Origin: Promethearchaeota archaeon
GTDB lineage: Archaea > Asgardarchaeota > Lokiarchaeia > Sigyniarchaeales > SOKP01
Direction of reading: 5' to 3'
Length of the DNA stretch: 64,000 nt
Assembly (NCBI GenBank): GCA_048938855.1
Contig: JBHLLT010000003.1
Span: 32,001-96,000, forward strand
The translations under genes were made by a program, and so were the position numbers. Under the pieces are notes generated by a model. The model saw only the letters and a program-made list of their open reading frames with translations, did no database searches and was not told the origin of the DNA. Positions 1-10,969 of the stretch are shown here, in pieces. Numbering within the stretch: the first letter of the stretch is position 1; each line of letters starts with the position of its first letter.

Positions 1-146
1 ATATTCTTCTGAGGATATGTTTTCATGGCTTTTTCTAACTTATTCATTGCATTGGATACAAAATTAGCAATTTCACTTGCTATATCTATGCATTTTTTAA
101 ATTTGTTTAGTTAAATATCTTTTCTATCTATTTTGATTTTTTAAGT

Positions 147-908
147 TTAAAATATTAGACCTAATAATGAAAAAATTATTGATTTTAATCCAATTATGAC
201 TAAGAAACAAAACAGAATAATTTGAAATTTTTCAATAGGTATTTTTGGAGTAATCTTATGACCAACTCTAGTTCCTAAGAATATTATTGGGAAGGCTAAC
301 AAAAACACAAATATTAAATCGTATGGAAATACGTTTCCAATAAAATAAATTGGGATTCTTGAAAGGGATAATATGGTACCAATAGCGCCGAAATTTTCAA
401 TAAAACTTTCACGATAATGACCAGTCTTTTCTAGGATTGCTACATTTATAGGTCCAGCAGCGCTGATTAATCCAGTTAATAAACCATATGAAAAACCACC
501 AAAAAAAACGACTGGATGTGTAGTATTTAATTGATTTTTTACTTCTATAACTTCAGGATTTTTATAATAATTAATAAGTTTCAAAGAGGAATATACAAAT
601 ATAAAACTTCCTAAAATTAATTCTATCCATTCAACTTGAATATTTATAATAAGAAAAGTCCCTAGAATTGTAGTTGGAATACCCAATGACAAAAATCGGT
701 AAAAATATCCCTTATCTAAGAACTTTCGATATTTTATGAAATTTAGAAGTGCAGGAAATGTTCCCCATATATTCACTAATACTACCGCATTTCTTACTCC
801 TATTATTGGAGTTATAATAGGTAATAAAACCAAAGCATCGCCAAATCCGATTATTCCATATACCATACTGGAAAAAAATATTGCGATTAGCGAGAGATAT
901 ATTATCAT
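147..908 (-). CDS. TauE/SafE (sulfite exporter) family membrane protein
   Basis: 253 aa, about 8 TM helices, 'GIIGFG' N-terminal motif and repeated 'GLLTGLISAAGP' motif. Confidence 0.8.
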   Translation of the reverse strand: MIIYLSLIAIFFSSMVYGIIGFGDALVLLPIITPIIGVRNAVVLVNIWGTFPALLNFIKYRKFLDKGYFYRFLSLGIPTTILGTFLIINIQVEWIELILGSFIFVYSSLKLINYYKNPEVIEVKNQLNTTHPVVFFGGFSYGLLTGLISAAGPINVAILEKTGHYRESFIENFGAIGTILSLSRIPIYFIGNVFPYDLIFVFLLAFPIIFLGTRVGHKITPKIPIEKFQIILFCFLVIIGLKSIIFSLLGLIF

Positions 909-1006
909 ATATAAGAACTCAAAATCATCTTTAGGTAAAAGCTTTTAGATTACCTTATTTTTACAAAGAAGTTAAAAACAATAAAATAAAATATAAAGAA
1001 AAAAAA

Positions 1007-2569
1007 TTAGGGCTTATAACGAGCGTATCCATTCATAATTTTTCCATCCAAGATCATATCATTAACTTGCATACCAGCAAGTAAGCATCCAAATACACCA
1101 TGAACGAATTTCGGTTGGAATAACCCTTCTACTGGTGTCCTCATTTTTAATCTTGTTCTACCAAAATTATTCGTATATGGAGCCATATCATATACCGAAC
1201 CAGTAGGTGAACCTGAATACCGAGCATAAGTAGCTGGTGTAGAAATATCAAGAGTTTTGATATGTTTTTTCAGGTCTGGAATTAAATATTTTTCAATTTT
1301 ATCTATAAAAAAATCTGCCCATTTTACCTTTTCTTTTTTATATTCTTCTGAATCTTGTTCACGCAATTCTACCCAATTTCCTATGGGTATAGGCGTAATT
1401 CTAACTGTTAAATTTGGTTTTCCCCCCGTTGTTAATGATGGGCAAATTACTCCCAAGTGGAATCTATTATCACTGAATCCAATTTCTCCCTTTTCATAGG
1501 AATCAAATAATCTATCATATGTATCTTCACCAGATGTGATAACATTATATCCACAATCCAATCCTAAAGCCTCAAGATCAATTTCATCATCAACTCCTAT
1601 GCTTAAATTCATTGAAGAGCATGACATCTTCACTTCTTCGACTTTTTTAGCATATTTTGCATTTAATTCTCTAATTACATCCAATCCTACCATATCTATC
1701 ATGGCTAATTTAGGATCCACAGTGCTTACTATATAATCAGAATATATTTCTTCCCCACTTTCTAATTTCACACCTTTCACTTTACTATTTTCTACAAGGA
1801 TTTTATTTACTTTTGTATTTAATAGCACTTTCCCACCAAGTCTTCTTAAGCGAGTCTCAAATTTTCGTGAAAATTCAATAAATCCTTTTGTTGGTCGAAA
1901 AGCACCATCTAGTAGTGAATTCATAGCCGATATTGGCACAATAGCAGAAACTTGTTCTGAAGGTAGAGCGCTAAATTCAGCAAATACGTTAAAAATGTCT
2001 ATTACTTCAGGTTCTGTTATTCCAAATTTCTCAAAATATTTTTTGAATGTTTTAGAAGCATTTTTCACAATTTTAGGGCACTTTACCAAAGTTTTGAAGA
2101 TATCTGCTACAGCTGGTTCCACTTTTAAATTATATAGCTCTAAGTACATCTCTCTTGAATAATCTAAGAAATTACCAATTTCATTTGCATTAGAGGGATA
2201 TTTTTCCATCAATTGGCTTTTGAAAGTCTCAAGCCCTGAGGGTAATTCGAGTACTTTAACCTCGTCAGTTTTGGGATCGACAACAAATATTCGCATGTAA
2301 TACCCTTTAAACTTCTTTAGATCAATTTCTATTCCAAAATAATCTAATAATTCAGAAATATTGGGTATCATCTGACAAGTGTCAAATAAAAATCCATCAC
2401 GTTCGTATGAAGTGACATAACCTCCAGTCTTGGGCTCTTTTTCAATCAGAAGAACAGGTTCCTTTTTAACATCATGATTTATTGCCCATGTAAGAGCTGT
2501 ACTTAGGCCTGTCATTCCTCCACCGATAACAATCAATCCATAATTCTTTTTATCAGTCATAATGTTCAC
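1007..2569 (-). CDS. Phytoene desaturase / retinol saturase-like FAD-dependent oxidoreductase
   Basis: GGGMTGL dinucleotide-binding motif, 'EK...GGY...R.GF.FD', C-terminal 'TP.TY.RY.G...GS.Y'; start may be the ATG at 2560. Confidence 0.8.
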   Translation of the reverse strand: MNIMTDKKNYGLIVIGGGMTGLSTALTWAINHDVKKEPVLLIEKEPKTGGYVTSYERDGFLFDTCQMIPNISELLDYFGIEIDLKKFKGYYMRIFVVDPKTDEVKVLELPSGLETFKSQLMEKYPSNANEIGNFLDYSREMYLELYNLKVEPAVADIFKTLVKCPKIVKNASKTFKKYFEKFGITEPEVIDIFNVFAEFSALPSEQVSAIVPISAMNSLLDGAFRPTKGFIEFSRKFETRLRRLGGKVLLNTKVNKILVENSKVKGVKLESGEEIYSDYIVSTVDPKLAMIDMVGLDVIRELNAKYAKKVEEVKMSCSSMNLSIGVDDEIDLEALGLDCGYNVITSGEDTYDRLFDSYEKGEIGFSDNRFHLGVICPSLTTGGKPNLTVRITPIPIGNWVELREQDSEEYKKEKVKWADFFIDKIEKYLIPDLKKHIKTLDISTPATYARYSGSPTGSVYDMAPYTNNFGRTRLKMRTPVEGLFQPKFVHGVFGCLLAGMQVNDMILDGKIMNGYARYKP

Positions 2570-2659
2570 CTTTATTATATTAAAAAGTCGTTTTAATAGT
2601 ATTTAAAACTATAATTTGCAAATTTCCTCAGAAGAATTAGGGAGTAATTCTTTTAACAA

Positions 2660-4048
2660 TTAAATTTTTCGATAGAGATATCTATCATATACAACAAATT
2701 TCACTTTTTTTGTTGAATCATCCCTAATGAATCTGATAAATTGTTTAGGTATTGGTAAAGTGCTACAAATGGTAAAGGTTAAACGCTCTACTTCTTTAGG
2801 TATCAAGGGAAGGGTCATAGATCCATCATCGATTTCAATATCAGCAAAAAGTACAGTTCCTTTAAGGTATATTTTTATTTTGTATAAATCATGGGAAGAT
2901 TTATATTCACCAGAGATTTCTTCAATGATTTGCTCCATCTTTAATTCTTCAATATAACTAATCGGATCTAGGCCAAGTAATATAGATAGTGCAGCTTTAG
3001 AAATCGAAGAAACAGTACCCGTACATGTATTTTGTCCTACTGAGACACCTAATTTCATTCCAGGAATAAGACTTAAATCAGCACAACTTGTTCCAAGTCC
3101 ACCACTATGATGCATACAAGGGTACTTAAAATAAGAAGCATCCAAAATCCATCCTAAACAATATTTTGGATCTTTTCCATACCCATATGGGCTAGAAATT
3201 CTTGGTGTCCATAATTCGTCTATTAATTCAGCAGAAAGTAACTGTATTCCTTTATACATTCCTTTTTGAATTAGACATTGAATATAATTCATCATCTCTT
3301 CCATCGAAACGTATAATCCACCTGGAGCATTGAGATAATCATAAAGTGGAACTGAATACTTTTCAGGTACCATTATATTATCTTTATTTTTAGGCATGTA
3401 TCCAGTGATCTTATTACTATCTTTCTCAAAATCTTTTTTTGAAAAAACTGCACGATTCATATCAAGTGGATCGAGAAGTTCACGTTGCATAAATTCTGGA
3501 TAAGACAATCCAGATAATTCCTGTATAATAAATCCTAAACACGTGAACATATCATTATTATAAAAAAATTTTTCTCCTGGATTAAAGATAATATAATCTT
3601 CGGGTTCACCAAGATGCGCAATAAAATCTTCTTTTGTTGTAGCGGGATATACTTTTTTATAATCCCCGAAGGTGTAAAATAAAAAAGCTAATCCACCATC
3701 TGCTGCAGGAACACCACTTGAATGTGAAAGTATATGCTTAATTAGAATATCGGGATGTGTAGTAAAAGGTGCGAAATCTAAATATTTTGATACAGAGTCT
3801 TCAAGAGATAGTTTCCCTCTTTCAACAAGCTTCATAATACCGAATGCGGTCATAGATTTAGTGATACTACCGATCCCAATGAGTGTTTGTGGGGTCATTG
3901 GAGTAAATTCTTCAAGATCACGGGCTCCAAATCCCTTTGAATATACAATTTGGTTCTCCTGAAAAATAGAAATTGCTAATCCAGGAATTTTATATTTACG
4001 CATATAATTTCGAACAATCTTTTCTAATTGGGTGAACTGTTTTTCCAT
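2660..4048 (-). CDS. Class C beta-lactamase-like serine hydrolase / D-peptidase (Pab87-like, with C-terminal domain)
   Basis: SxxK (GSITK), YNN, HSGG and LSHSSG motifs; extra ~100-aa beta-rich C-terminal domain. Confidence 0.85.
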   Translation of the reverse strand: MEKQFTQLEKIVRNYMRKYKIPGLAISIFQENQIVYSKGFGARDLEEFTPMTPQTLIGIGSITKSMTAFGIMKLVERGKLSLEDSVSKYLDFAPFTTHPDILIKHILSHSSGVPAADGGLAFLFYTFGDYKKVYPATTKEDFIAHLGEPEDYIIFNPGEKFFYNNDMFTCLGFIIQELSGLSYPEFMQRELLDPLDMNRAVFSKKDFEKDSNKITGYMPKNKDNIMVPEKYSVPLYDYLNAPGGLYVSMEEMMNYIQCLIQKGMYKGIQLLSAELIDELWTPRISSPYGYGKDPKYCLGWILDASYFKYPCMHHSGGLGTSCADLSLIPGMKLGVSVGQNTCTGTVSSISKAALSILLGLDPISYIEELKMEQIIEEISGEYKSSHDLYKIKIYLKGTVLFADIEIDDGSMTLPLIPKEVERLTFTICSTLPIPKQFIRFIRDDSTKKVKFVVYDRYLYRKI

Positions 4049-4088
4049 ATTATTTCAATCTAAAGATTTTTTTAAACTAAATATATGG

Positions 4089-4829
4089 TTAATATTTATC
4101 ATTTATTTTTTTTTGAGGGCTTTTTTTCTTCTTACCAAAAAGCAGTCTTTGATTTTTTTCAACAAATTTCCAGCCAAATCCAGTAAGTTCTGCTAAAGGT
4201 CCTTTAATTCCTTTAGGGTTTCCTGTTTTAGTATATGTAATTTCTGTATGTTTTATCGCTTTGAAAACTTGATACGGATTTTTAAATCTATCAATTAAAG
4301 CATTAGCTTTTTTAGGACCAATATCCACCAATCCTTCAATTATAAAAGATCTTCTTTCTTTTTTGGTCAAATTTTTTGGTGCCTTTCTTGAAAATATGAG
4401 ACTACTATCTTTCACTTGTTCTCTATAGGCAATTCTTTCAATAACTATAGCCGTATCTTCTAAATTTCTTGTCGGTATTACCGATATTCCCAATTTATAT
4501 GAAATAAATGCCAGAGCGCCATAAATTGACGAAATTTTCATTCCCGTATTCTCGAAAACATCATCATTTAAGCCTTCTATAATTAAAATTGGATATTCAT
4601 ATGTATCTTTTAATCGGAGTAATTGTTCGAATAATCTGTTATCCATTATTGAGGAAACAAAATCGTTTCCTTCTTTTCTTTCGATAGCAACTTCACTAGA
4701 AATAACAATGTCAGCGATATCTAACTGTTTTGATTCATAAGTTATTATATCACTCTTTTTATCTAACAGAGCTTTTAGTTTTCCTTCTCTATTATCAATA
4801 ATTATATGGAGTAGATTGTTTTGAGTCAT
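4089..4829 (-). CDS. Short XPF/Mus81-type ERCC4 structure-specific endonuclease with HhH
   Basis: 'IIDNRE', 'ADI', ERKxxxD (ERKEGND), 'RLFEQ', HhH 'LVDIGPKKA'. Confidence 0.9.
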   Translation of the reverse strand: MTQNNLLHIIIDNREGKLKALLDKKSDIITYESKQLDIADIVISSEVAIERKEGNDFVSSIMDNRLFEQLLRLKDTYEYPILIIEGLNDDVFENTGMKISSIYGALAFISYKLGISVIPTRNLEDTAIVIERIAYREQVKDSSLIFSRKAPKNLTKKERRSFIIEGLVDIGPKKANALIDRFKNPYQVFKAIKHTEITYTKTGNPKGIKGPLAELTGFGWKFVEKNQRLLFGKKKKSPQKKINDKY

Positions 4830-5113
4830 CCTCTATTTAAAAATTAATAACTTCAGTATTAAATATTTCATATTTTAGTTATTAAACTAATAATTCCAAG
4901 TCATAAAATAAAAAAATTATTAAATCGATTATTAAGGTATTCAAACTAAAACCCCCTCCTTAAATACTTCGTCTTAAGTATAATTTTCATGTACTATTTT
5001 AATTAATGCACTAACAGATTTTGTAGGAATTAAGGAATTTTCTAGTTAGGAAAGGATTGTCAATGCATTAAATCTTTAATTAACAATTAAAATCTTATAT
5101 AATTAGAAAAATG

Positions 5114-6625
5114 CTAACACATGTCTTTTTCCCTAATTTCAGGTTTTTTTGAACCAGATGTCAGCTGTAAATTTATAGTGCTTAAAAAAAACAGCATATT
5201 TATCATGCTAATTGAAGTGTCAGTAAAATTTTCTGTCTTATAGTTTATAACATTATAAAAATGAGATAGCTTACTTTTTTTAAAAGCTTCCACGACTTCT
5301 GGAAAAGAGTTATATTTTAATTTTATTCCAAATTTTTCAGGAGATTCATGGGCTGGTGATCCAGGGAAAACATAATACGGTTCATTCATAATGGTGATTG
5401 GTTTTGAGTTTGATCTTCCATATTTCAAATCACATTTCAATCCAAAATTAAAATCCTGAAGAACATCAAAGTGAGTTTGGAATGGAAAACCTATTGTTAG
5501 CCATATTCGTAAAGTACGTTGGAATAATAAGGCATTTTTTATTAAACCACTAATTTGCTCTTTAGGAAATCTAAAAGTAGGATCACATATTTTAGCTATT
5601 TTCTGCTGGACATTCTGGGACATAGTTCGAGGTGAAATGCTTATCGATGAATATTTTCGATCAAATGTATTATAAAATGATTTCCACATAGTTTTAGGAA
5701 ATGGTAATCTCCAAATCTCCAAGTCAGCACAAATATCTAGTTTTTCTTTTCTTATTAGCTCAAAAAGAGTATTCCAATATTTATAATTTCCAGGATAAAC
5801 TCCGTGACCAAAAAAAACACTTGGAATTTTATAATCATCAAATATTTTACTAATATCTTCTATGACTTTTTCTGGATCTCGTAACACTACTTGATTTCTT
5901 CCCATATAATTATTTTGTGCTCTTTGACCTCCCGCACAAAATGGGCAATTAAATGGACAACCTCTTCCAATAGGAAGATTAAAAGAAATTCCCATTATTT
6001 TTCTACTGCATTCCAAATATTCTCTAGCATTTTTTAGCAAAACCATATTGGTAAAATTAAAGTCATCAAGAGTTTTTGCGCTATATGTTAGAGCATTGAC
6101 TTTTACTCGTTTAGAGGTATCTCGAAAAGTAAAATTCGGAATTGAATCATAAGATTGAACTCTTTTTCTATTTTGCACTAACCTTAAAAAGGGTATCTCC
6201 CCTTCTCCCCTAATTACCCCATCAATGTAATTGTAATATTTTAAAATCTGGTCATGGTAGTATGATGCACTAAATCCCCCTAAAACTACTTTAGAATTAG
6301 GTTTTATAGTTTTCACTAATTTAGCCACTTCAAGGGCGCCAGAAGCATTATGAATCCAATGTAAATCTATCCCACATATATCAAAATCAATAGTTTTTAG
6401 ATAATCTGTAAGCTCCCAATTAGAATTTAAATATTTTTCAAGCGGATAGTTTATAATTTGGACTCCAAAGCCTTCTCTTTCCAGTAGATCTGCTATGGAA
6501 AAAGTACCCATTGGAATAAAAATAAAAGACCCTCTAACAGTTCTGGACTTTTTTCTATTATTTAATTCTAGTATTCTTGGGGGATGAATGAGAAGAATGT
6601 CATAATTGGTCAATTTAATTACCAT
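5114..6625 (-). CDS. B12-binding radical SAM protein
   Basis: N-terminal cobalamin-binding domain (VLGG, RGEGE) and RGCPFNCPFC (CxxxCxxC). Confidence 0.88.
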   Translation of the reverse strand: MVIKLTNYDILLIHPPRILELNNRKKSRTVRGSFIFIPMGTFSIADLLEREGFGVQIINYPLEKYLNSNWELTDYLKTIDFDICGIDLHWIHNASGALEVAKLVKTIKPNSKVVLGGFSASYYHDQILKYYNYIDGVIRGEGEIPFLRLVQNRKRVQSYDSIPNFTFRDTSKRVKVNALTYSAKTLDDFNFTNMVLLKNAREYLECSRKIMGISFNLPIGRGCPFNCPFCAGGQRAQNNYMGRNQVVLRDPEKVIEDISKIFDDYKIPSVFFGHGVYPGNYKYWNTLFELIRKEKLDICADLEIWRLPFPKTMWKSFYNTFDRKYSSISISPRTMSQNVQQKIAKICDPTFRFPKEQISGLIKNALLFQRTLRIWLTIGFPFQTHFDVLQDFNFGLKCDLKYGRSNSKPITIMNEPYYVFPGSPAHESPEKFGIKLKYNSFPEVVEAFKKSKLSHFYNVINYKTENFTDTSISMINMLFFLSTINLQLTSGSKKPEIREKDMC

Positions 6626-6643
6626 AGTGTTTTGTTGGAAAGA

Positions 6644-7918
6644 TTATATTCTAAAAAAATAGAAAAAATAGAACAGAATTATGAATAAAATTAAAAATTC
6701 AATAGATATTTTAAGAGCTTTTTTGATTAAATAATTATAAGGCACTAACTTGTCATGAAACAAATCCAAATTCTTAAACAGATTCGAAACCTTGATAGTC
6801 CCTAAACCTTGAGTGTTTGCATTATCTTCCAAATCTATCCTTGATTTATTAAACAAATCCATTAGAATATCGTGAGTAATATTAGGGTCATATTCTTTAA
6901 TTAATGCAATTACTCCTACACCAGTGGCAGTAGCTACACTAGTACCTGAAACATTTAACCTTAAATCGTTTGTTATAGGGACAAGTATATTAGAACCAGG
7001 AAAACATAAGTCTGGTTTTTTTCTTTTGTCAAGAGTGGGGCCCCTTCCACTAAAATTTGAAATACTAAGCTCTTTATCGAAAGCCCCAATTGTAATTACT
7101 TTTTTTGCAGCACCCGGACTTCCAATACTATAGGAATTTGGGCCAAAATTTCCTGCGGGACAAACAACTATAATATTTTTATCTGATAACAAATCACAAG
7201 CTAAAGATAATAGATCTTTACCATCAGATGAGTTTTTTGTAGTTAAAGAAATGAAAATTATATCAAGATTAATTTGTTCTTCATAGATTTTATCAAATAC
7301 ACGTAAAATATCATTAAAGGAGTGTTCTCGATGAGAATTGGAAATATCAAAATCGTAAATTTTAACATTTGGAGCAATTCCAATATAATTACCATTAGAA
7401 TCCTCAAATCTATTACTGATTATGCTTGCCATTACTGTACCATGTGAAATTTCACCATTATCTCTTATAGTTTTTTCCACATCATACAATTTAAACTTTT
7501 TAAGAGACACTTCAGATAGTGCAGGTATTTTCTCATTAATTCCATCATCGATAATACCCACTTTCACGTTTTTTCCTGTATAGGAAATTTCAGAATTTTT
7601 ATATTCATCTAATTCCAAAATTTTATTAACATCTAACATTGCGGGATATACAATTTGATTTTCTTCAATTTGTTTTATTAATGCTTCACTTTCGTAATTA
7701 AAAATCTGTTTTTTCTTTAAATTAACCAAAATTGAGGGAATAAAATCAAATTTGCATATTATATCCAATCGGTTATATTTTTTTATGAACTTATCTCGGT
7801 TTGAGAGATCATCAAATGAAACTAAAACACTAAGAATTTGATCTTCTGAAAGAATTTCAAGTTTATCCTTAAAAGGGGGATAGACATTCATAATACTTGT
7901 AAGATTAGAACTTATCAA
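6644..7918 (-). CDS. S8 subtilisin-like serine protease with C-terminal membrane anchor
   Basis: IIDDG, HGT, AGN and SGTSVA catalytic motifs; I9-like prodomain; hydrophobic C-terminus. Confidence 0.88.
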   Translation of the reverse strand: MISSNLTSIMNVYPPFKDKLEILSEDQILSVLVSFDDLSNRDKFIKKYNRLDIICKFDFIPSILVNLKKKQIFNYESEALIKQIEENQIVYPAMLDVNKILELDEYKNSEISYTGKNVKVGIIDDGINEKIPALSEVSLKKFKLYDVEKTIRDNGEISHGTVMASIISNRFEDSNGNYIGIAPNVKIYDFDISNSHREHSFNDILRVFDKIYEEQINLDIIFISLTTKNSSDGKDLLSLACDLLSDKNIIVVCPAGNFGPNSYSIGSPGAAKKVITIGAFDKELSISNFSGRGPTLDKRKKPDLCFPGSNILVPITNDLRLNVSGTSVATATGVGVIALIKEYDPNITHDILMDLFNKSRIDLEDNANTQGLGTIKVSNLFKNLDLFHDKLVPYNYLIKKALKISIEFLILFIILFYFFYFFRI

Positions 7919-7969
7919 TATAAATGAGACTAACCATTTAAAATTATAGGAATGAAGAGCATTTTATCC

Positions 7970-9541
7970 TTACCATGGTCTTTTTATATATGAATTCCGC
8001 GCTAATTCTAATTTATATGGGTGATTTTCATTAAAGTGAGTTCCTCTGCTTTCCTTTCGAGAAAGTGCGCATCTAATTAAAAGCTCTGCGACCATGGATA
8101 AATTTCTTAATTCTACTAAATTTTTTTCAACTTTATAATTCCAATAGTAATAATCAATTTCTTCTGAAAATATCGCCATCCTTTTGAGTGCTCTTTTCAA
8201 TCGTTCATCAGATCTTACAATTCCTACAAAATTTTGCATTAACATTCGAATTTCATCCCAATTCTGTGTTATTATTACAGCTTCTTGAGAGGGAATAGCA
8301 TCGCCAGATTCCCATTCAGGGAATTCTTTGACTTTTAAATCAGATGTGTGATCCGAAAGATAACCTGCACACTCATAAGCAGTAACTAATCCTTCGAGAA
8401 GTGAATTAGAAGCGAGTCTGTTGCTTCCATGTAAACCTGTGCATGCAGCTTCTCCAATAACAAATAGATTTTTTATATCTGTCCTGCCATCAACTTTTGC
8501 TACCACTCCACCACAACAATAGTGAGCAGCAGGAACAACTGGAATTGGTTCTTTTGTAATATCGATATTAAATTCTAAGCATTTTTCATATATTGCAGGA
8601 TAATGAGTTTTAATAAATGTAGAATCTCTATAAGATGCAATATCCAAAAATACATGATCATTACCAGATTTTTTCAATTCCGCATCAATAGCACGTGAAA
8701 CAATATCACGAGGAGCTAAATCTTTTTGAGGGTGATATTTTTTCATAAATTCATTTCCTCTAATATCCTTCAAAATAGCTCCTTCTCCCCTCATTGCTTC
8801 AGTAATCAAGAAGGATTTTGCATATGGATGATATAAACACGTAGGATGAAACTGATAAAACTCAAGATTAGATATCATAGCTCCCGCCCTATAAGCCATT
8901 GCAATACCATCACCTGAAATTATGTCTGGATTTGTAGTATATAAGTATATCTTACCTGCACCCCCTGTAGCTAATATAGTCGCTTTTGCAGCAATATTAT
9001 ATATTTCTTCTGTTTCTTCGTCTAAAATATGTGCACCATGACACTTTAGGTCTTTAACATATAAATTTACAGCACACCAATTTTCTTTGATTTCAATATT
9101 ATCCAATTTTTTTACATTTTCAACAAGTATTTCTTCCACACTCTTTCCAGTTTGGTCATTTACACGAAAAATTCTTCTAACTGAGTGACCACCCTCTTTT
9201 CCTAAATCATATTCCCCATCATCATTGCGATTAAAATTTACTCCTAATTCTATCAGATCAGTAATTCTGTCAGGTGCTTGTTGGATTATATGCCTTACTA
9301 CATTTTCATTACACAGTCCATCTCCCGCAATTATAGTATCTTGAATATGTTTCTCAAAATTATCTCCATTATTCCATACACATGCTATACCACCCTGAGC
9401 ATGATAGGTACTACTTTCTTGCAAAGTTCGTTTAGTTATTAGGAAAATATTTGCTTTTGGCATTAATTTTGATAGGTATAAAGCAAATGAAAGCCCAGAA
9501 ATTCCACTTCCAATAACTAAAAAATCAGTTTTATACATCAA
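7970..9541 (-). CDS. nadB: L-aspartate oxidase
   Basis: GSGISG, AQGGIA, EGGHS, QFHPT, HG.NRLASNSLLE and ESRG.H motifs. Confidence 0.95.
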   Translation of the reverse strand: MMYKTDFLVIGSGISGLSFALYLSKLMPKANIFLITKRTLQESSTYHAQGGIACVWNNGDNFEKHIQDTIIAGDGLCNENVVRHIIQQAPDRITDLIELGVNFNRNDDGEYDLGKEGGHSVRRIFRVNDQTGKSVEEILVENVKKLDNIEIKENWCAVNLYVKDLKCHGAHILDEETEEIYNIAAKATILATGGAGKIYLYTTNPDIISGDGIAMAYRAGAMISNLEFYQFHPTCLYHPYAKSFLITEAMRGEGAILKDIRGNEFMKKYHPQKDLAPRDIVSRAIDAELKKSGNDHVFLDIASYRDSTFIKTHYPAIYEKCLEFNIDITKEPIPVVPAAHYCCGGVVAKVDGRTDIKNLFVIGEAACTGLHGSNRLASNSLLEGLVTAYECAGYLSDHTSDLKVKEFPEWESGDAIPSQEAVIITQNWDEIRMLMQNFVGIVRSDERLKRALKRMAIFSEEIDYYYWNYKVEKNLVELRNLSMVAELLIRCALSRKESRGTHFNENHPYKLELARNSYIKRPW

Positions 9542-9778
9542 TAGAATTTATTCAAATTCTCCCATTAATAATTGAAATCTATCTTAAAATAAAATCAATT
9601 AAATTAAAATTTTATTACATAAAATTATAGATTTCCTATTGAAAACAAAGATTCAATATCCTCTTTATAAGCTTTGAAAAATTATTTCATCAGTCATAGT
9701 TTATTACCTAACGTGCTAGAATCTTTTAGTTTTCTGTTATGTTTAATCAAAATTTATTTTTTGTAGAGAATATTTCAA

Positions 9779-10312
9779 TTGATTAAGGAACAAGGAGAAT
9801 ATAAAATGTCTAAAATAAAGAGAGTTCTTTTTTTATGTGCGGGAAATACTTGTAGAAGTCCTTTTGCAGAAGCTTATGCAAATTGGTTAAAAAACACAAG
9901 ATTCAAAGATGAATTAAAATCTGTAGAATTCGATTCAGCAGGTATTTATCATTACTATGAAACAGCTCAACCGGGAACTGTTTATTACTTAAAATCTAAG
10001 GGTATTGAGTTCTCAGATTTTAAGACAAAAAGGATAGATGAGAAGATTCTGGAAAAGCAGGATCTTATATTAGGATTTGAACAAAAACATCATATTGATA
10101 AAATAAAGAGAAAGTTCAAAAATCTTAAAGATTTAGATAAAAAAGTATTTTTACTACTAGATTATGCTGGAGAAAAACAAAATATAGAAATTAAAGATCC
10201 ATTTGATTTACCACAAGAAGAATATAATAAAGTTCTTGAAAGAATTGAAAGAGGAGTATTAAAAACTATTCAGAAGATTATTAAATATAACAAGTTAGGA
10301 AAAATTTATTAA
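9779..10312 (+). CDS. Low-molecular-weight protein tyrosine phosphatase family
   Basis: CAGNTCRS P-loop, DSAG, DPF acid loop; likely start ATG at 9806. Confidence 0.9.
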   Translation: MIKEQGEYKMSKIKRVLFLCAGNTCRSPFAEAYANWLKNTRFKDELKSVEFDSAGIYHYYETAQPGTVYYLKSKGIEFSDFKTKRIDEKILEKQDLILGFEQKHHIDKIKRKFKNLKDLDKKVFLLLDYAGEKQNIEIKDPFDLPQEEYNKVLERIERGVLKTIQKIIKYNKLGKIY

Positions 10313-10334
10313 ATAATTCTTTAATTGATTAAAC

Positions 10335-10820
10335 GTGGATAAAATTAAGCGAGTTCTCTTTGTATGCCTAGGAAATACTGCAAGATCTCCAGTTGCAGAA
10401 TACCTAGCTCGATATTATGCTAAAGAAATGGGTGTTGATCTACTTTTTGACTCATGTGGATTTATTAATGCTTTTGATTATATCCAAGCAGAATCTCGTG
10501 AATATTTAGACAAGAAGGGAATAAAACATAGAGACTTTGTTCCAAAAATTATTAGTCGCAGGTTATTAGAAAATCAGGACTTAATACTCACCATGGAGAG
10601 AAAACATTCTAATGAGATAAAAAACAATTTTAGGAATGTCAAAAATATTCAGAAAAAAACATTTACATTAAAAGAATTTAACGGAGAATCTCAGAACATT
10701 GATATTGTTGATCCTTATTACACTTCTGATGAAACTTATAGAGAAGTTCTTAAAATTATTGATGCTCAGGTTGAGAAAGCTATCAAGAAAATTATTAGTA
10801 TGAATAAGTCATTAGAATAA
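10335..10820 (+). CDS. Low-molecular-weight protein tyrosine phosphatase family, tandem paralog
   Basis: CLGNTARS P-loop, DPYY acid loop. Confidence 0.9.
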   Translation: MDKIKRVLFVCLGNTARSPVAEYLARYYAKEMGVDLLFDSCGFINAFDYIQAESREYLDKKGIKHRDFVPKIISRRLLENQDLILTMERKHSNEIKNNFRNVKNIQKKTFTLKEFNGESQNIDIVDPYYTSDETYREVLKIIDAQVEKAIKKIISMNKSLE

Positions 10821-10969
10821 AAATTGTAGAACTAATTTCAATGTTTTAGATAAAAATTTAATTTGGTGGAATCTAATTTGAAATTAAGTTTTAAATAGTT
10901 CTAAAGCAATAATTATTTAAAAGGATCTATATATTTTTAGATTGTTTTACGGTATTTAGGGGATAAAAA

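Noticed and set aside
1-100. Possible 5' end of a minus-strand gene running off the window (…MNKLEKAMKTYPQKN)
   Set aside because: Too short, start ambiguous, no recognisable motif
4935-5070. Possible stem-loops (TAATGCA/TGCATTA, CTAAC/GTTAG) and a GGAGGGGG RBS-like run in the XPF/radical SAM spacer
   Set aside because: AT-rich pairing expected by chance; no riboswitch or SECIS consensus; the downstream ORF is only about 20 codons
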